This document shows positions 9,293 to 18,851 of a DNA stretch of 64,000 nt, piece after piece. Made by a program: the position numbers and the translations under genes. The notes below the pieces were generated by a model. It saw only the letters and a program-made list of their open reading frames with translations. It was not told where the DNA came from and ran no database searches. Position 1 is the first letter of the stretch. Every line of letters begins with the position of its first letter. This DNA is from a virus, in IMG/VR virus record IMGVR_UViG_3300037486_000490, positions 28,501-92,500 of that record; one strand, written 5' to 3'.

Positions 9293-10300
9293 TTATAAAT
9301 CCGGGTCGGTCTTTGTCACATCTATACTATACACACCACCCCCATGAACCAGGGAACTGCTACAAGATATGTTTAAGTTAATCTGATCACCATCTTTTGA
9401 AGACGTACTAACCCAACTGGTAGAGCCATCTACATGCCAGATTCTTACCCATACATAAACATCGTAAGCACCAAGTCCGGTATCAATCCTGAATGTTATA
9501 TGCTGAGATGTTGCTGAGTCAGTCAAAACTGTTGATGCATAGTTGGAAAAAGTTAATCCTGAACTATCGTAATCATTAAAATAATAGGATATTGAGGAAG
9601 AACTTGCCTGCGTTACCTCTATTGTTCTTCCGAATGAGTTATCGCTTGTAAATACCCATACTGTATCAGTACGAGATGCTCCACTATTAATTGCGTTTGG
9701 TACCAGGCGTAGTTCATCACCATCAACATAGTCTCCGGTATTCACCTGAATACCGCCTCGATAAACGCTCGGAGTAATCCAACTTGGATAACTATCAATG
9801 ATCCATGCGGATGCACTCGTTGAAATTATTGATCCCATGTAGGTATATCCACTACTTGTAAACGCCATGCTTACAACTGAAGGGTTCAGATAATCAGCAA
9901 CTACAAATGACCCAGAATTAATATACACTACTCCATCTATAGTAGCATTGGGGAGTTTATATACTGTTCCCGGTTGACTCGTAGACCATGTAAGACATTG
10001 TGTGCTGCATATAATTAACTCATATTGAAAGGTTCCTATTCCAAACGGACAATCTACATACTGATTATCTTCAAACTGAACATCAATTATAACACTTATA
10101 GCTAATGATTCATCTTGCCTGTAGCTTAATGTCTCTGCACTTGTCTTATAAAACCATGTGCCTACACCACCAGGTCTTCTTAAACGTACCCCAAAGTAAT
10201 AAGAACCCAGACCCATATCCTCCGGTCTTACCCTATCCGCAGTACCTGCATATGCAAAGTACTTGAATACTACTTGGTAAGGTGTTGTTCGTGGTGCCAT
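9293..10300 (-). CDS. BACON (Ig-like) domain tail adhesin, C-terminal part
   Basis: SASAWIIDSYPSWITPS...NSGASRTDTVWVFT...TIEVTQ is a BACON-type signature. Confidence 0.7.
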   Translation of the reverse strand: MAPRTTPYQVVFKYFAYAGTADRVRPEDMGLGSYYFGVRLRRPGGVGTWFYKTSAETLSYRQDESLAISVIIDVQFEDNQYVDCPFGIGTFQYELIICSTQCLTWSTSQPGTVYKLPNATIDGVVYINSGSFVVADYLNPSVVSMAFTSSGYTYMGSIISTSASAWIIDSYPSWITPSVYRGGIQVNTGDYVDGDELRLVPNAINSGASRTDTVWVFTSDNSFGRTIEVTQASSSSISYYFNDYDSSGLTFSNYASTVLTDSATSQHITFRIDTGLGAYDVYVWVRIWHVDGSTSWVSTSSKDGDQINLNISCSSSLVHGGGVYSIDVTKTDPDL

Positions 10301-10302
10301 AA

Positions 10303-10689
10303 TTACGCTAAATATTCATTATCTACAGGATATAAAGTGGCAGGTATTGTACTTCCACCAGTACCTGAAAAAGTATAAATTGGCGGCTTTAACGTAGAGT
10401 CATGGTTATATCCTCTGAAATCTCCAAGTCTGTAATTACTAATAGGTTTAGTATATCCCCAAATAGTAGGAGAATATACACCACCTGCAAGTTCAGGTAG
10501 TGCAAAGCCACACATCCCATCCGATCCCTTCCAGAAAGTAGAAACCCCATCTGCACCTCTTGTAGGTTTAAATCTACTCCACATATTCACAAGAGTAGAA
10601 ATACACAACTCAGAGACCTGGTTGATATCCTCACCAAGAGTATTCTTAATGAGCGTAGTGGTTATATCTGTAGTTCCCAATGCTGCCAT
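10303..10689 (-). CDS. Tail-fibre adhesin N-terminal adaptor domain
   Basis: TDITTTLIKNTLGE...LC...VNMWSRFKP...YRLGDFRGYNH, a motif typical of Bacteroidota phage fibre adhesins. Confidence 0.65.
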   Translation of the reverse strand: MAALGTTDITTTLIKNTLGEDINQVSELCISTLVNMWSRFKPTRGADGVSTFWKGSDGMCGFALPELAGGVYSPTIWGYTKPISNYRLGDFRGYNHDSTLKPPIYTFSGTGGSTIPATLYPVDNEYLA

Positions 10690-10691
10690 AT

Positions 10692-12752
10692 CTACGGTGT
10701 TCCGAATGCTGCTATATCATTAGCAGCTGTTAATAATCCTGCGGAGCTTAAGCTTGCAATAATGGTAGTTCCATACTTAAATACAAGTTTTCCGCTTTCT
10801 TGCATTATGGTAAAGTTTGTCATATTAAGTTCAGCATGCGTATGTGCCAGTAAACTATACCTTAAATCTCCACGCGCATCTGTATGATATATTGTATGAT
10901 CGTCATCGAGCAATCCTGTCAATGAACCATGGTCAGTAAGTATCGGAGCAGTGCCTGATAACTGTGGATTGCCCCTGAGATCCTGAGCCTCAGCGTATGT
11001 TCCACTTGAAGAGGTAGCATCGACTATTACCTTGTATAATACCTTGAACTCCGGAGAGGGCAATGTTCCAAAAGACAATCCCGAGTATGTTGCTGCCCTT
11101 GCTGCAGCTAATGTGCCATATGCAGCCTGACCCATAAGTGAAATAATAGGTGACACCGTATCATTGGTTGCTACCAGGTAATACACCCCATATTCATTCG
11201 ATGCAAGCTCTGCCAGCGTTCCGGCATTATCATACTGGGGTCTTCCACCAGTTCCTGCTTTCCACCAACTATTTTGAAGTGAAGTCCATAACCAATTGAG
11301 ACTTACATCCCTGTAAACAACTGATACCTGGTATGGATTTGCTCCCGTAATGCTGTAAAAAAGATCCTCATCCGCATACTGTCCACCTAAAAGGTTAATG
11401 GATGTGTCAGCAAAAGCTGCTGTAAGCCCTGAGATATATGCTGTACCCCTTGTAAGATGCAGATAAGCATGCGTAGAAGAAGTCATGTTAGTCCCGTGAC
11501 GCTCGTCATATAACCGGTAATTCGCACCGTTCTTGTAAACAATGCATATAGGAACTGCGGTAAATATGCTCCAGGATACTTGCAGTCTTGTTAGTACTCC
11601 CGAACTATTATAGTACACATACCATATTCCATTAGCAGATGCAGAAAAATCTAACGTCTGCGTTGTCTTGGCATATGCTGTTCCCTTATACCATGCAGTA
11701 TGTACCCCTGTAATATTCAATACTCCTGCAACAACAGACAATGTAGGAGTGGGATACAATCCCGTAGGCTCCTCTATAGCATCAACAGGGTTATTTGTTA
11801 TATTATCCCAGTGAACCTGAGCAGATCCTGAGGTCTGTACCTCTGTTTTGGTGTATACGCTTGTTGCAGCTGCATAACCGGCGGATGCATGGTTGCCCCA
11901 TCCATAAGCGGTATTCCAGTTAGCTGAGTTATTTGTTATTGATGTTCCCCATCCAAGTCCTGTAGAAAGTCCAATCCCTGCCCCGGGATATACCATACTC
12001 ACAGAACCACCTCCAGCCGGTTGCCAGGTACCGTCCTCACGAAGAAACAACGTAGCGCCGGTACCGAGTATAATACCACCCATAACAGTCGGCGTGGCAA
12101 CAGGCATGCTTTCCCAGATAGTAGGAGGAAGCCATCCGGTAGAAGACCATGCCTGGATTTCATAATCACCGGCAAAAGACTTCTTGCATCTCAAATATTC
12201 ATTCGGGAGACCGGAATTCATAATCTCAAACCAGTCACTGACATCTGTTCCACCAGAAGTAGCAGGTATCCATGACCTGACGCCTGCCGTAGTAGAACTT
12301 AAGACATATCCACTCACAGCGGGGTTGCCAAGAACAGGCTCATATACTCCGGCATGCGTATGTGCAACAGGAGAATAGACTCCCGTATGAGTATGCGCCA
12401 GCAGAGAATAACGTGCATCCCCGCGTGTCTGGTTATAATATATCGTATGATCGTCCACCCCAAGATCAAGCAGATCTCCATGGGATACGATAGCACTATC
12501 GGTATCTATCACCAACTCCCAGTTGACAGCCTGGTATGCCCCGGTAGAGTCCGCGGTACAAACGTATAGTTTACCAGTAGTGAGGTAAAGGTCGTTAATG
12601 AAGTAAGGATGAGTGGGTTCTGAGTAAAATACCTGTGCCCTGGAATTCTGCAGGTCTACCAGGCTATTATTTACATGAATGAATGCATCACGGAGCAGAT
12701 CCCCTGTACCGTCATCAGCTGCAAGTCCAACATTTATAAGTTCTATAGCCAT
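10692..12752 (-). CDS. Tail fibre protein
   Basis: N-terminal INVG..DDGTGD.LRDAF anchor; HTH (His-x-His) motifs; repeated HGxLxxLxxDDHTIY..RGD.RYSLLAHTH; C-terminal DIAAF. Confidence 0.8.
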   Translation of the reverse strand: MAIELINVGLAADDGTGDLLRDAFIHVNNSLVDLQNSRAQVFYSEPTHPYFINDLYLTTGKLYVCTADSTGAYQAVNWELVIDTDSAIVSHGDLLDLGVDDHTIYYNQTRGDARYSLLAHTHTGVYSPVAHTHAGVYEPVLGNPAVSGYVLSSTTAGVRSWIPATSGGTDVSDWFEIMNSGLPNEYLRCKKSFAGDYEIQAWSSTGWLPPTIWESMPVATPTVMGGIILGTGATLFLREDGTWQPAGGGSVSMVYPGAGIGLSTGLGWGTSITNNSANWNTAYGWGNHASAGYAAATSVYTKTEVQTSGSAQVHWDNITNNPVDAIEEPTGLYPTPTLSVVAGVLNITGVHTAWYKGTAYAKTTQTLDFSASANGIWYVYYNSSGVLTRLQVSWSIFTAVPICIVYKNGANYRLYDERHGTNMTSSTHAYLHLTRGTAYISGLTAAFADTSINLLGGQYADEDLFYSITGANPYQVSVVYRDVSLNWLWTSLQNSWWKAGTGGRPQYDNAGTLAELASNEYGVYYLVATNDTVSPIISLMGQAAYGTLAAARAATYSGLSFGTLPSPEFKVLYKVIVDATSSSGTYAEAQDLRGNPQLSGTAPILTDHGSLTGLLDDDHTIYHTDARGDLRYSLLAHTHAELNMTNFTIMQESGKLVFKYGTTIIASLSSAGLLTAANDIAAFGTP

Positions 12753-13036
12753 CAGATCTGTATTGCATCAGAAGATATAAAAGTCATGTCTGCTGTTAGA
12801 GGAATGGTAACAGGTATTGTTGATCCCGGGGTGGTAAGACTGCTTGCGTCATAGTCCACTTCATAGACAAAACGAAGCAGATATTCCTCAAGCACATCCT
12901 GAAAGATATTCTCATGCTCAATACCCAAAGCCATAGCGGTTGCCATAAGCTGGCATTTATGACTTATTGAACTATCGAGGGCAACGATAAAATCGGTGAC
13001 ACTTGGATAGTCAAGGTAATTGAGCGAGAATGGCAT
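12752..13036 (-). CDS. Small virion protein (fibre-docking candidate)
   Basis: C-terminal TADMTFISSD motif; translationally coupled to the fibre gene. Confidence 0.45.
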   Translation of the reverse strand: MPFSLNYLDYPSVTDFIVALDSSISHKCQLMATAMALGIEHENIFQDVLEEYLLRFVYEVDYDASSLTTPGSTIPVTIPLTADMTFISSDAIQI

Positions 13037-13740
13037 TAGTGTCCGGGTTTAAAAATATAAATACCAGTATCAACAATGGACTTAAGCGCTATGGCTTTCT
13101 CGTTTGCATTCGAGAAATACCCGTAGTCAAAGTCATATCTTATACCATATTGGATAATCATAAGCTTAAGAACGCTGTCCTTAAGGATATCAACATCCTG
13201 TTTATAAGCAGTCTCATCTGCCTTCAATTCAAGATAGGCAGTTATCGATGTGGATAAATACTCATCAGATACCTTTGTAGTAAGTAACCTACAGGTATAG
13301 TTCACCGCTACGGCTCCCGGATTGGTATCCCCGTTAGTTACAATCTTGTAAACGCCGTCTGGGAACGTGACATAATCAAACGCCAGGGCAACACCATCGG
13401 CATCCGTATATGTGAACTTGGCTGCGTTTGCCGCCAGTTTGATATCATCCACCGACAGGTGCAGAAATTTGTCTGCAATATCCGTGTCATATCCCCACTT
13501 TACCATGTCTACCAATAGATTGGTAGCATAATATGCTGTAAGTTTTGTTGCTATTTCATCTATTCTTATATAGTACGGATCGATAAAGAACGTACTCTTA
13601 ATGGTAAGAATGGACAGATCCGGAAATGTAATTACAAAAGCATCGGGATCGGCTGTAAAATCAGTATACACCCCGGTTGATAGTATCTGAAGCACCAGGG
13701 CTTCGCCTTTACGTATTACAGTTTTTGCTATTACAGCCAT
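13036..13740 (-). CDS. Putative virion structural protein
   Basis: Position in the late operon; overlapping stop/start with the next gene. Confidence 0.45.
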   Translation of the reverse strand: MAVIAKTVIRKGEALVLQILSTGVYTDFTADPDAFVITFPDLSILTIKSTFFIDPYYIRIDEIATKLTAYYATNLLVDMVKWGYDTDIADKFLHLSVDDIKLAANAAKFTYTDADGVALAFDYVTFPDGVYKIVTNGDTNPGAVAVNYTCRLLTTKVSDEYLSTSITAYLELKADETAYKQDVDILKDSVLKLMIIQYGIRYDFDYGYFSNANEKAIALKSIVDTGIYIFKPGH

Positions 13741-13753
13741 GGCATAATAAGAT

Positions 13754-13784
13754 AAAAGAAAGGGGAGGTGAATTCTCCCCTTTC
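13754..13784 (-). terminator. Intrinsic terminator
   Basis: GAAAGGGGAG-GTGAATT-CTCCCCTTTC hairpin with a T-run on the minus strand. Confidence 0.75.
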
Positions 13785-13794
13785 AAGTGACTAA

Positions 13795-14709
13795 TTAAAT
13801 ACCCAGGTTAGTGGGGAAAGCGGCTTTCAGAAGATCGCCGAAAGAGTTTGTTGCACCGGCAGTCTCAACGATGTACAGTTTCAGCGGGTTATTAGCCTGC
13901 ATCTTGCTACCGTCAACGGGACTAAATGGATTAGCAATCTCAAGAATGTACTGGTCGAAGGTGGTCTGCGAAGGCTGCATTTTTGAAGGAGCAGTCTTGG
14001 GGAAGAGAACCTTGTTGTACACACCATACTGATAAGAATTGCACTCCTGTTCCAGAGCAGTGATCTTAGCGAGAGTTCCGGTTGACGGAATCATCTTGGT
14101 TGTAAGAACGGTTGTAAAGACAGATGCAAGATCATCAGTTGCAGTTGCAAGAGTATAATCCTTACTGAGTGTAAGTATCAGGGTAGTTGTACCTGTAGCA
14201 ACAACAAAACTGAAATCTTCGTCAGCATTGATCAGAGTCCTGAATGCATCCATGACCGTGGTGGTCGTGAAATCAGTACCAACATGAACAACCTGGAACG
14301 TCTTGCGAAGCATCGGCTGTGTACCGGTTGTAAGATCGATCAGTTTGATCGAATAGACATCACCTGTGTACTGAGTGGCAGGAAGGACTGGGGTGATCGT
14401 GGTAACCTGTGCGGTACCTGCGCTGTACGGTACGTAAGAGTACTTGGTGATCTGTGAAAGACTGAATGCCGGTGAGCAATAGAAGTTCAGATCAGTGGAT
14501 GATCTCCTTGTAACAAGTTTGAACTTAAGTGCTTCAAGGGAAGGATCAGTAGCGCCACCTACACCGATATACCCAGTCAAGTCAGTTGTAAAACCGTCAG
14601 TTGAGATCATGGAAGAAGTTGCAGGGACTATGCCCCACTCTGCTGCAGCAAGAGTGCTAAGAGCGCCCGCTGTGCCCCTGGTTATGCCAGGAAAATAACA
14701 TTGTTTCAT
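13795..14709 (-). CDS. Virion structural protein (auxiliary capsid protein candidate)
   Basis: Thr-rich beta protein followed by a terminator; position as in crAss-like head modules. Confidence 0.55.
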   Translation of the reverse strand: MKQCYFPGITRGTAGALSTLAAAEWGIVPATSSMISTDGFTTDLTGYIGVGGATDPSLEALKFKLVTRRSSTDLNFYCSPAFSLSQITKYSYVPYSAGTAQVTTITPVLPATQYTGDVYSIKLIDLTTGTQPMLRKTFQVVHVGTDFTTTTVMDAFRTLINADEDFSFVVATGTTTLILTLSKDYTLATATDDLASVFTTVLTTKMIPSTGTLAKITALEQECNSYQYGVYNKVLFPKTAPSKMQPSQTTFDQYILEIANPFSPVDGSKMQANNPLKLYIVETAGATNSFGDLLKAAFPTNLGI

Positions 14710-14730
14710 TTTTTTGTTTTTTAAAGGTTA

Positions 14731-15771
14731 TTATTCGTTTTTGAGTGATTCCTGATTAGAGCTTTGATACCTTTGACTTTCTATAACCTCTAAAATGCGG
14801 TTGACAACTGAATCTACTATCTCCAAATGTGTATGCTCAGGTAGTTCACAATTCAACAACGAAGTTATACTCACCGCCCTTGGTTTGCGAATGTACGTCA
14901 TGAATAGGTCTTTTAATATAAGCCTTTCACTGTGAAGCACCCTCAATGAGTTCTCACGGACAACTGCCAGAGGGGATCTTTCGGTGGATTTTGCAAATGG
15001 ATTTGTTTGATCCCTGAAGACATCTTCGTGCTCGCTTACCCTTACTGGAGAGTTATATACCGGGAAATTGAAAACGGGTAGGGCTCTTATTGACCATGCC
15101 GATCCATCATAGTACAGGATATTGTTCCTGGTAGGGGAAAGAGCAAAGTTTGTGTATGAACCGGTGGTATTGGCAATATAGAAATCGCCTCTTACAGGCG
15201 TGGGAGTTGCCGGGTTGGTAGTTGTAACAGCCATTCCCAGGTAACGCGTGGTGATCCCCTGCTCAATTGCAAGCGGTTTAGCATTCACTACCAGGTTTAT
15301 ACGCGAGGATACATGTATGAAATAGTCATACAGCGTTACAGTTCCTGTACCGGTACCAGCAGCAGAAGCGATGAACACCGTTCCTACCTCGTTATTGGGA
15401 GCGCCAATTGTCGTAAAAGTAGTATTACCTACGGATACTATCTGGTATAATGAACCGGCAGCAGCTGCTGTAACAAGTATGGGAGTAGCCGATCCGAGCA
15501 GATACCTGCGATAATCCGGATTGGTATTGTCTATTACGGGAAGAAGACTGACTTCCTTTACAATACTCTGCAAATCGGCAAGCCGCTTTGAAGTATCCTC
15601 AAACCCCCGGCGTTTCGGATTTGAATCCGGGTAAAGCCGCTGCTTGATGAATGTCTCCTGAGCCTCGTTGATGAACAGGTCGATCTCTTCGGGCTGGAAG
15701 TTCTCAAATACATAGGAGTTTAAGTTCTGAAGCTTCTGCTCTATGGCAGTATGCATATTTTGTATGGTCAT
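14731..15771 (-). CDS. Tail ring / head-tail connector protein with inserted modules
   Basis: MTIQNMH...FQPEEIDLFINEAQ...GFEDTSKRLADLQSIVK and YIRKP...CELPEHTHLEIVD are crAss-like ring-protein motifs. Confidence 0.7.
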   Translation of the reverse strand: MTIQNMHTAIEQKLQNLNSYVFENFQPEEIDLFINEAQETFIKQRLYPDSNPKRRGFEDTSKRLADLQSIVKEVSLLPVIDNTNPDYRRYLLGSATPILVTAAAAGSLYQIVSVGNTTFTTIGAPNNEVGTVFIASAAGTGTGTVTLYDYFIHVSSRINLVVNAKPLAIEQGITTRYLGMAVTTTNPATPTPVRGDFYIANTTGSYTNFALSPTRNNILYYDGSAWSIRALPVFNFPVYNSPVRVSEHEDVFRDQTNPFAKSTERSPLAVVRENSLRVLHSERLILKDLFMTYIRKPRAVSITSLLNCELPEHTHLEIVDSVVNRILEVIESQRYQSSNQESLKNE

Positions 15772-15782
15772 TGCCGCTTGTA

Positions 15783-16376
15783 TTAAATTATGCCTTCGAC
15801 TTTAAGGATCCCCAATATGTGCATATTTGCAACACGTTGCCGGAACCCGCTGGTCATCATCATCCTGCATTCCTCTTCATTATCGTAGAAGAAGTTCTCC
15901 GTGAGTATTGCCGGACAGATGGTATTTTTCAATATGGTGAAATTGGCTTCCTTATGTGGTTCATTCACCGATGTCCCCACCCTCATATGGCTCTCAGGAA
16001 ACTCCTTACAGGCTTCTGCAAAGAACACCTTGGCTACCCTGTCAGCTGCACTTATGGCAGAACTTACTGCGGTCCATACTTCCCAACCATGTCCTCCTCC
16101 CGCGTTAGCGTGAATGCTTACGAGAATAGAATTGAAATTGGTCTTCACCAGCGTATTCACGCGTTCAACCCTTTCCGAAAGGCTGATATCATTTTCCTCG
16201 GGTACCAGCACATGGAAACGTATGTCGTTTCTACAACTCAAGGTATATGCTATTCTGTCTACTATGTCACGATTGAACTCCCATTCAAAGAGCTGGGAAC
16301 CATCTGACCACACCGGAGAACGTTTTCCGGGAGTATTGTTCCCATGCCCGTTGTCCAATATCCATAGTCTGTTCAT
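15783..16376 (-). CDS. N-acetylmuramoyl-L-alanine amidase (Amidase_3), endolysin candidate
   Basis: ILDNGHG...GKRSP, E, VSIHANA, PAILTENFF zinc-amidase motifs. Confidence 0.9.
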   Translation of the reverse strand: MNRLWILDNGHGNNTPGKRSPVWSDGSQLFEWEFNRDIVDRIAYTLSCRNDIRFHVLVPEENDISLSERVERVNTLVKTNFNSILVSIHANAGGGHGWEVWTAVSSAISAADRVAKVFFAEACKEFPESHMRVGTSVNEPHKEANFTILKNTICPAILTENFFYDNEEECRMMMTSGFRQRVANMHILGILKVEGII

Positions 16377-16414
16377 CCTTATGTAAAAGTACCGGGTTGC
16401 CCCGGTACCCTTAT

Positions 16415-17224
16415 TTATGATTTGAACTCAGAAAGTCTTGCCTTCAAGACAGTCACAGTCTCGCTGTGAGTTTTATCCTTGAAGTACTCTATCGCTTCAT
16501 CGATTGTCCCGCCCAGGCGCTCGTCCCCGTTCAGGATCGATGTACCCACCCGGCGAAGTACGCTGTGACGTACGCAATTTTCAATGAACGCCTTGTGTTC
16601 AAGATTAGGATCCTTAAGGATTGCAATAAACTTAGCAGGGTTGTCAACGACGAATTTCTCCATCTGAAGTTCCCTGGTCTTCTCATCCATCTTGGAAGAG
16701 TCTATGCCGCAGACATTCATGACCATTGTCAACTTGTCCTCATTGGCACTGAGTTTGATGAACTCCTTATAAGCATCCTTCTTACCCTTGAGCTGTTCAA
16801 AGTCAGCTTCCAACTTGGCAGTGGCATCATGTATGAAAAACATGTACTTAACACTTCCGCTGCTTGCTTCGTCGGGAGCAACTTCGGGGTTCTTTGCACA
16901 AAACTTATACTTTAACCAGTCATTCAGATTTAATGGTTCACCTTCCTCGTCCAATCCTACCTCAAGTGATGTGCCTGCTGCAAGTACTTCTACTGTCAGA
17001 TTGGCAAAATATTCTTTAACCAGCTTGTGATAAGTAACGTCCGAGGCGGTTATTCCAAGAATCCGTGGCATGTACTTACGCTCTTCCTCGATGGTAAGCC
17101 CGCTGCCTATGTCTCCCGTGGGAGTGAAATATGAACCGATTTTTTTCTTGCTTTCTTCGTAAAGGTTTGCAGGGATGTTCGATGTATTCCTGCGACGTTT
17201 GATTGCTACAATCTTAGAACTCAT
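16415..17224 (-). CDS. Conserved crAss-like protein downstream of the major capsid gene
   Basis: Position directly after MCP; helical charged protein. Confidence 0.55.
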   Translation of the reverse strand: MSSKIVAIKRRRNTSNIPANLYEESKKKIGSYFTPTGDIGSGLTIEEERKYMPRILGITASDVTYHKLVKEYFANLTVEVLAAGTSLEVGLDEEGEPLNLNDWLKYKFCAKNPEVAPDEASSGSVKYMFFIHDATAKLEADFEQLKGKKDAYKEFIKLSANEDKLTMVMNVCGIDSSKMDEKTRELQMEKFVVDNPAKFIAILKDPNLEHKAFIENCVRHSVLRRVGTSILNGDERLGGTIDEAIEYFKDKTHSETVTVLKARLSEFKS

Positions 17225-17250
17225 ACTTTTATCTTATATAGTTAATAATG

Positions 17251-17293
17251 AAAAGGAAGAGAGGTCACAATCTGTGACCTCTTCTCCTCTTTT
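17251..17293 (-). terminator. Terminator after the major capsid gene
   Basis: AGAGGTCACA-ATC-TGTGACCTCT hairpin flanked by A/T runs. Confidence 0.75.
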
Positions 17294-17295
17294 AT

Positions 17296-18750
17296 TTACG
17301 ATGCAACACAACGCAGGTGAACGCAATTGGTAGCACGTTTGATCTGTATACCGCCGGTCTTCATGAAATGAACTGAAGCTCCGTCGATGTCATTTGCCCT
17401 GAGAGCGTTTCCGGAGAATCCCGGAGGAACTGTAGCACCCGCAACAGCCCATCTGAGCATATCGCGTCCGGTCTGTACAACCATCTGGATGTTAGGTTCG
17501 CCATCATAGACTGAATGATCAAGGAAGAACATCCTGTATGATTCCAGGGGTAAGCCTGTGCGTGGATGTTTCGCTGAGTTGAGTGCACGAGCACCCGTGT
17601 CAAGAAGCGGGAGATGTCTTACGGTGATCGTATGACCATCAATGTGCTTGTAGGAAGTGAAGAATCCGCCAAACGTCATCGAGTTTCCTGAACCGGTTAT
17701 GAATGAACTCGGGTCTGTGTTCTTGATGTATGAGCCAACGCTGATCTCAGATTTGATAGCATTGTCAAACTCTTCAAGCCCACCGAGTCCTGTGTACAGG
17801 ATGATGTTCATTGACTGTGCATCCGAAGCTCCGTAGAGTGCATCGCGAACGATGTTCTTCAGTTTGGATGTAGTCAGGACCGTGTAAGAATCTACGTTAG
17901 GAATCTGCTCCATAACGCCGGATCCCATTGGGATAGGTTTGCCGTTCTCATCGCGCAGGTTGATAACGCCATTGGCGTCCCTGTTATATTTCGAGAACCA
18001 CAGAAGGTATTCAGCTTCCTCTTTCCAGCGGAGTGAATGCTGATACTCTTCGAAGTCATACCACAGCTTGGTCATCTTGCCGTTGACATTGAATTCAACG
18101 TTGACAACTTTATTGGGCATGTTACCTTCATACCTGTAAGACTTACGGATCTGTGTGATCTGGTTGCGCAACCTCGAGGGTGCTACCCAGTTCGACTCGT
18201 TTCCGCGTGATCCGGAAGCAGCAACAGGAGCAAACAACTGAACGAACAACTTATTAAGCAGGTCGGTTGTGCTAACTGTAGCAGCAGGATCGGTGGTGAT
18301 CAGGTGGGTGGTATAAGTCCATGCACCACTTGCTGTTTCAAAACCATCGTCATCAATACGGAACTGTGTTCCATCGGGTGATTCGATGATGTACTGACGG
18401 TTGAACCACTTTTCAGTGAACGTCAGTTTAATAGGTGCAAAGCCTGCACCAAGGGTAACACCGGCAGTTGTGCCTGTGTTAACCGCAGTACACATAACAG
18501 CCTTGTTGAGTCTTCCCATCACGGGATAATCAAATTCGAACCCATTGATGTAACGGGTGTTTCCAAGACCTTCAGTTAAGAAAGACAGTGGAAATCTTTT
18601 GTCTTCACGCCCCGCGAGGTGTGTAAGAACCGGTGAGAGAACATCTGGCTGTGTAAGCAGCGCGTTAGCCAACGAGTTCTCGTCGGTCATCCCCTGCGGG
18701 TTCCAGATGTCTGCATATAACCGGAGTTTTGAAATGTTGTCAGCAGCCAT
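17296..18750 (-). CDS. Major capsid protein (crAss-like HK97 fold)
   Basis: 484 aa; MTDENSLANAL, RNQITQIRKSY, GFFTSYKHIDGHTITVRHLPLLD; portal-scaffold-MCP gene order. Confidence 0.85.
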   Translation of the reverse strand: MAADNISKLRLYADIWNPQGMTDENSLANALLTQPDVLSPVLTHLAGREDKRFPLSFLTEGLGNTRYINGFEFDYPVMGRLNKAVMCTAVNTGTTAGVTLGAGFAPIKLTFTEKWFNRQYIIESPDGTQFRIDDDGFETASGAWTYTTHLITTDPAATVSTTDLLNKLFVQLFAPVAASGSRGNESNWVAPSRLRNQITQIRKSYRYEGNMPNKVVNVEFNVNGKMTKLWYDFEEYQHSLRWKEEAEYLLWFSKYNRDANGVINLRDENGKPIPMGSGVMEQIPNVDSYTVLTTSKLKNIVRDALYGASDAQSMNIILYTGLGGLEEFDNAIKSEISVGSYIKNTDPSSFITGSGNSMTFGGFFTSYKHIDGHTITVRHLPLLDTGARALNSAKHPRTGLPLESYRMFFLDHSVYDGEPNIQMVVQTGRDMLRWAVAGATVPPGFSGNALRANDIDGASVHFMKTGGIQIKRATNCVHLRCVAS

Positions 18751-18851
18751 TTTTAATTGGTTTTAGTTAAGACAATTGATTTTATGTCCTTCATCCGAAG
18801 GGCGTACTTTGCTCCTGACATTACTGTAATATGCTTTATAATACTGCGGGT

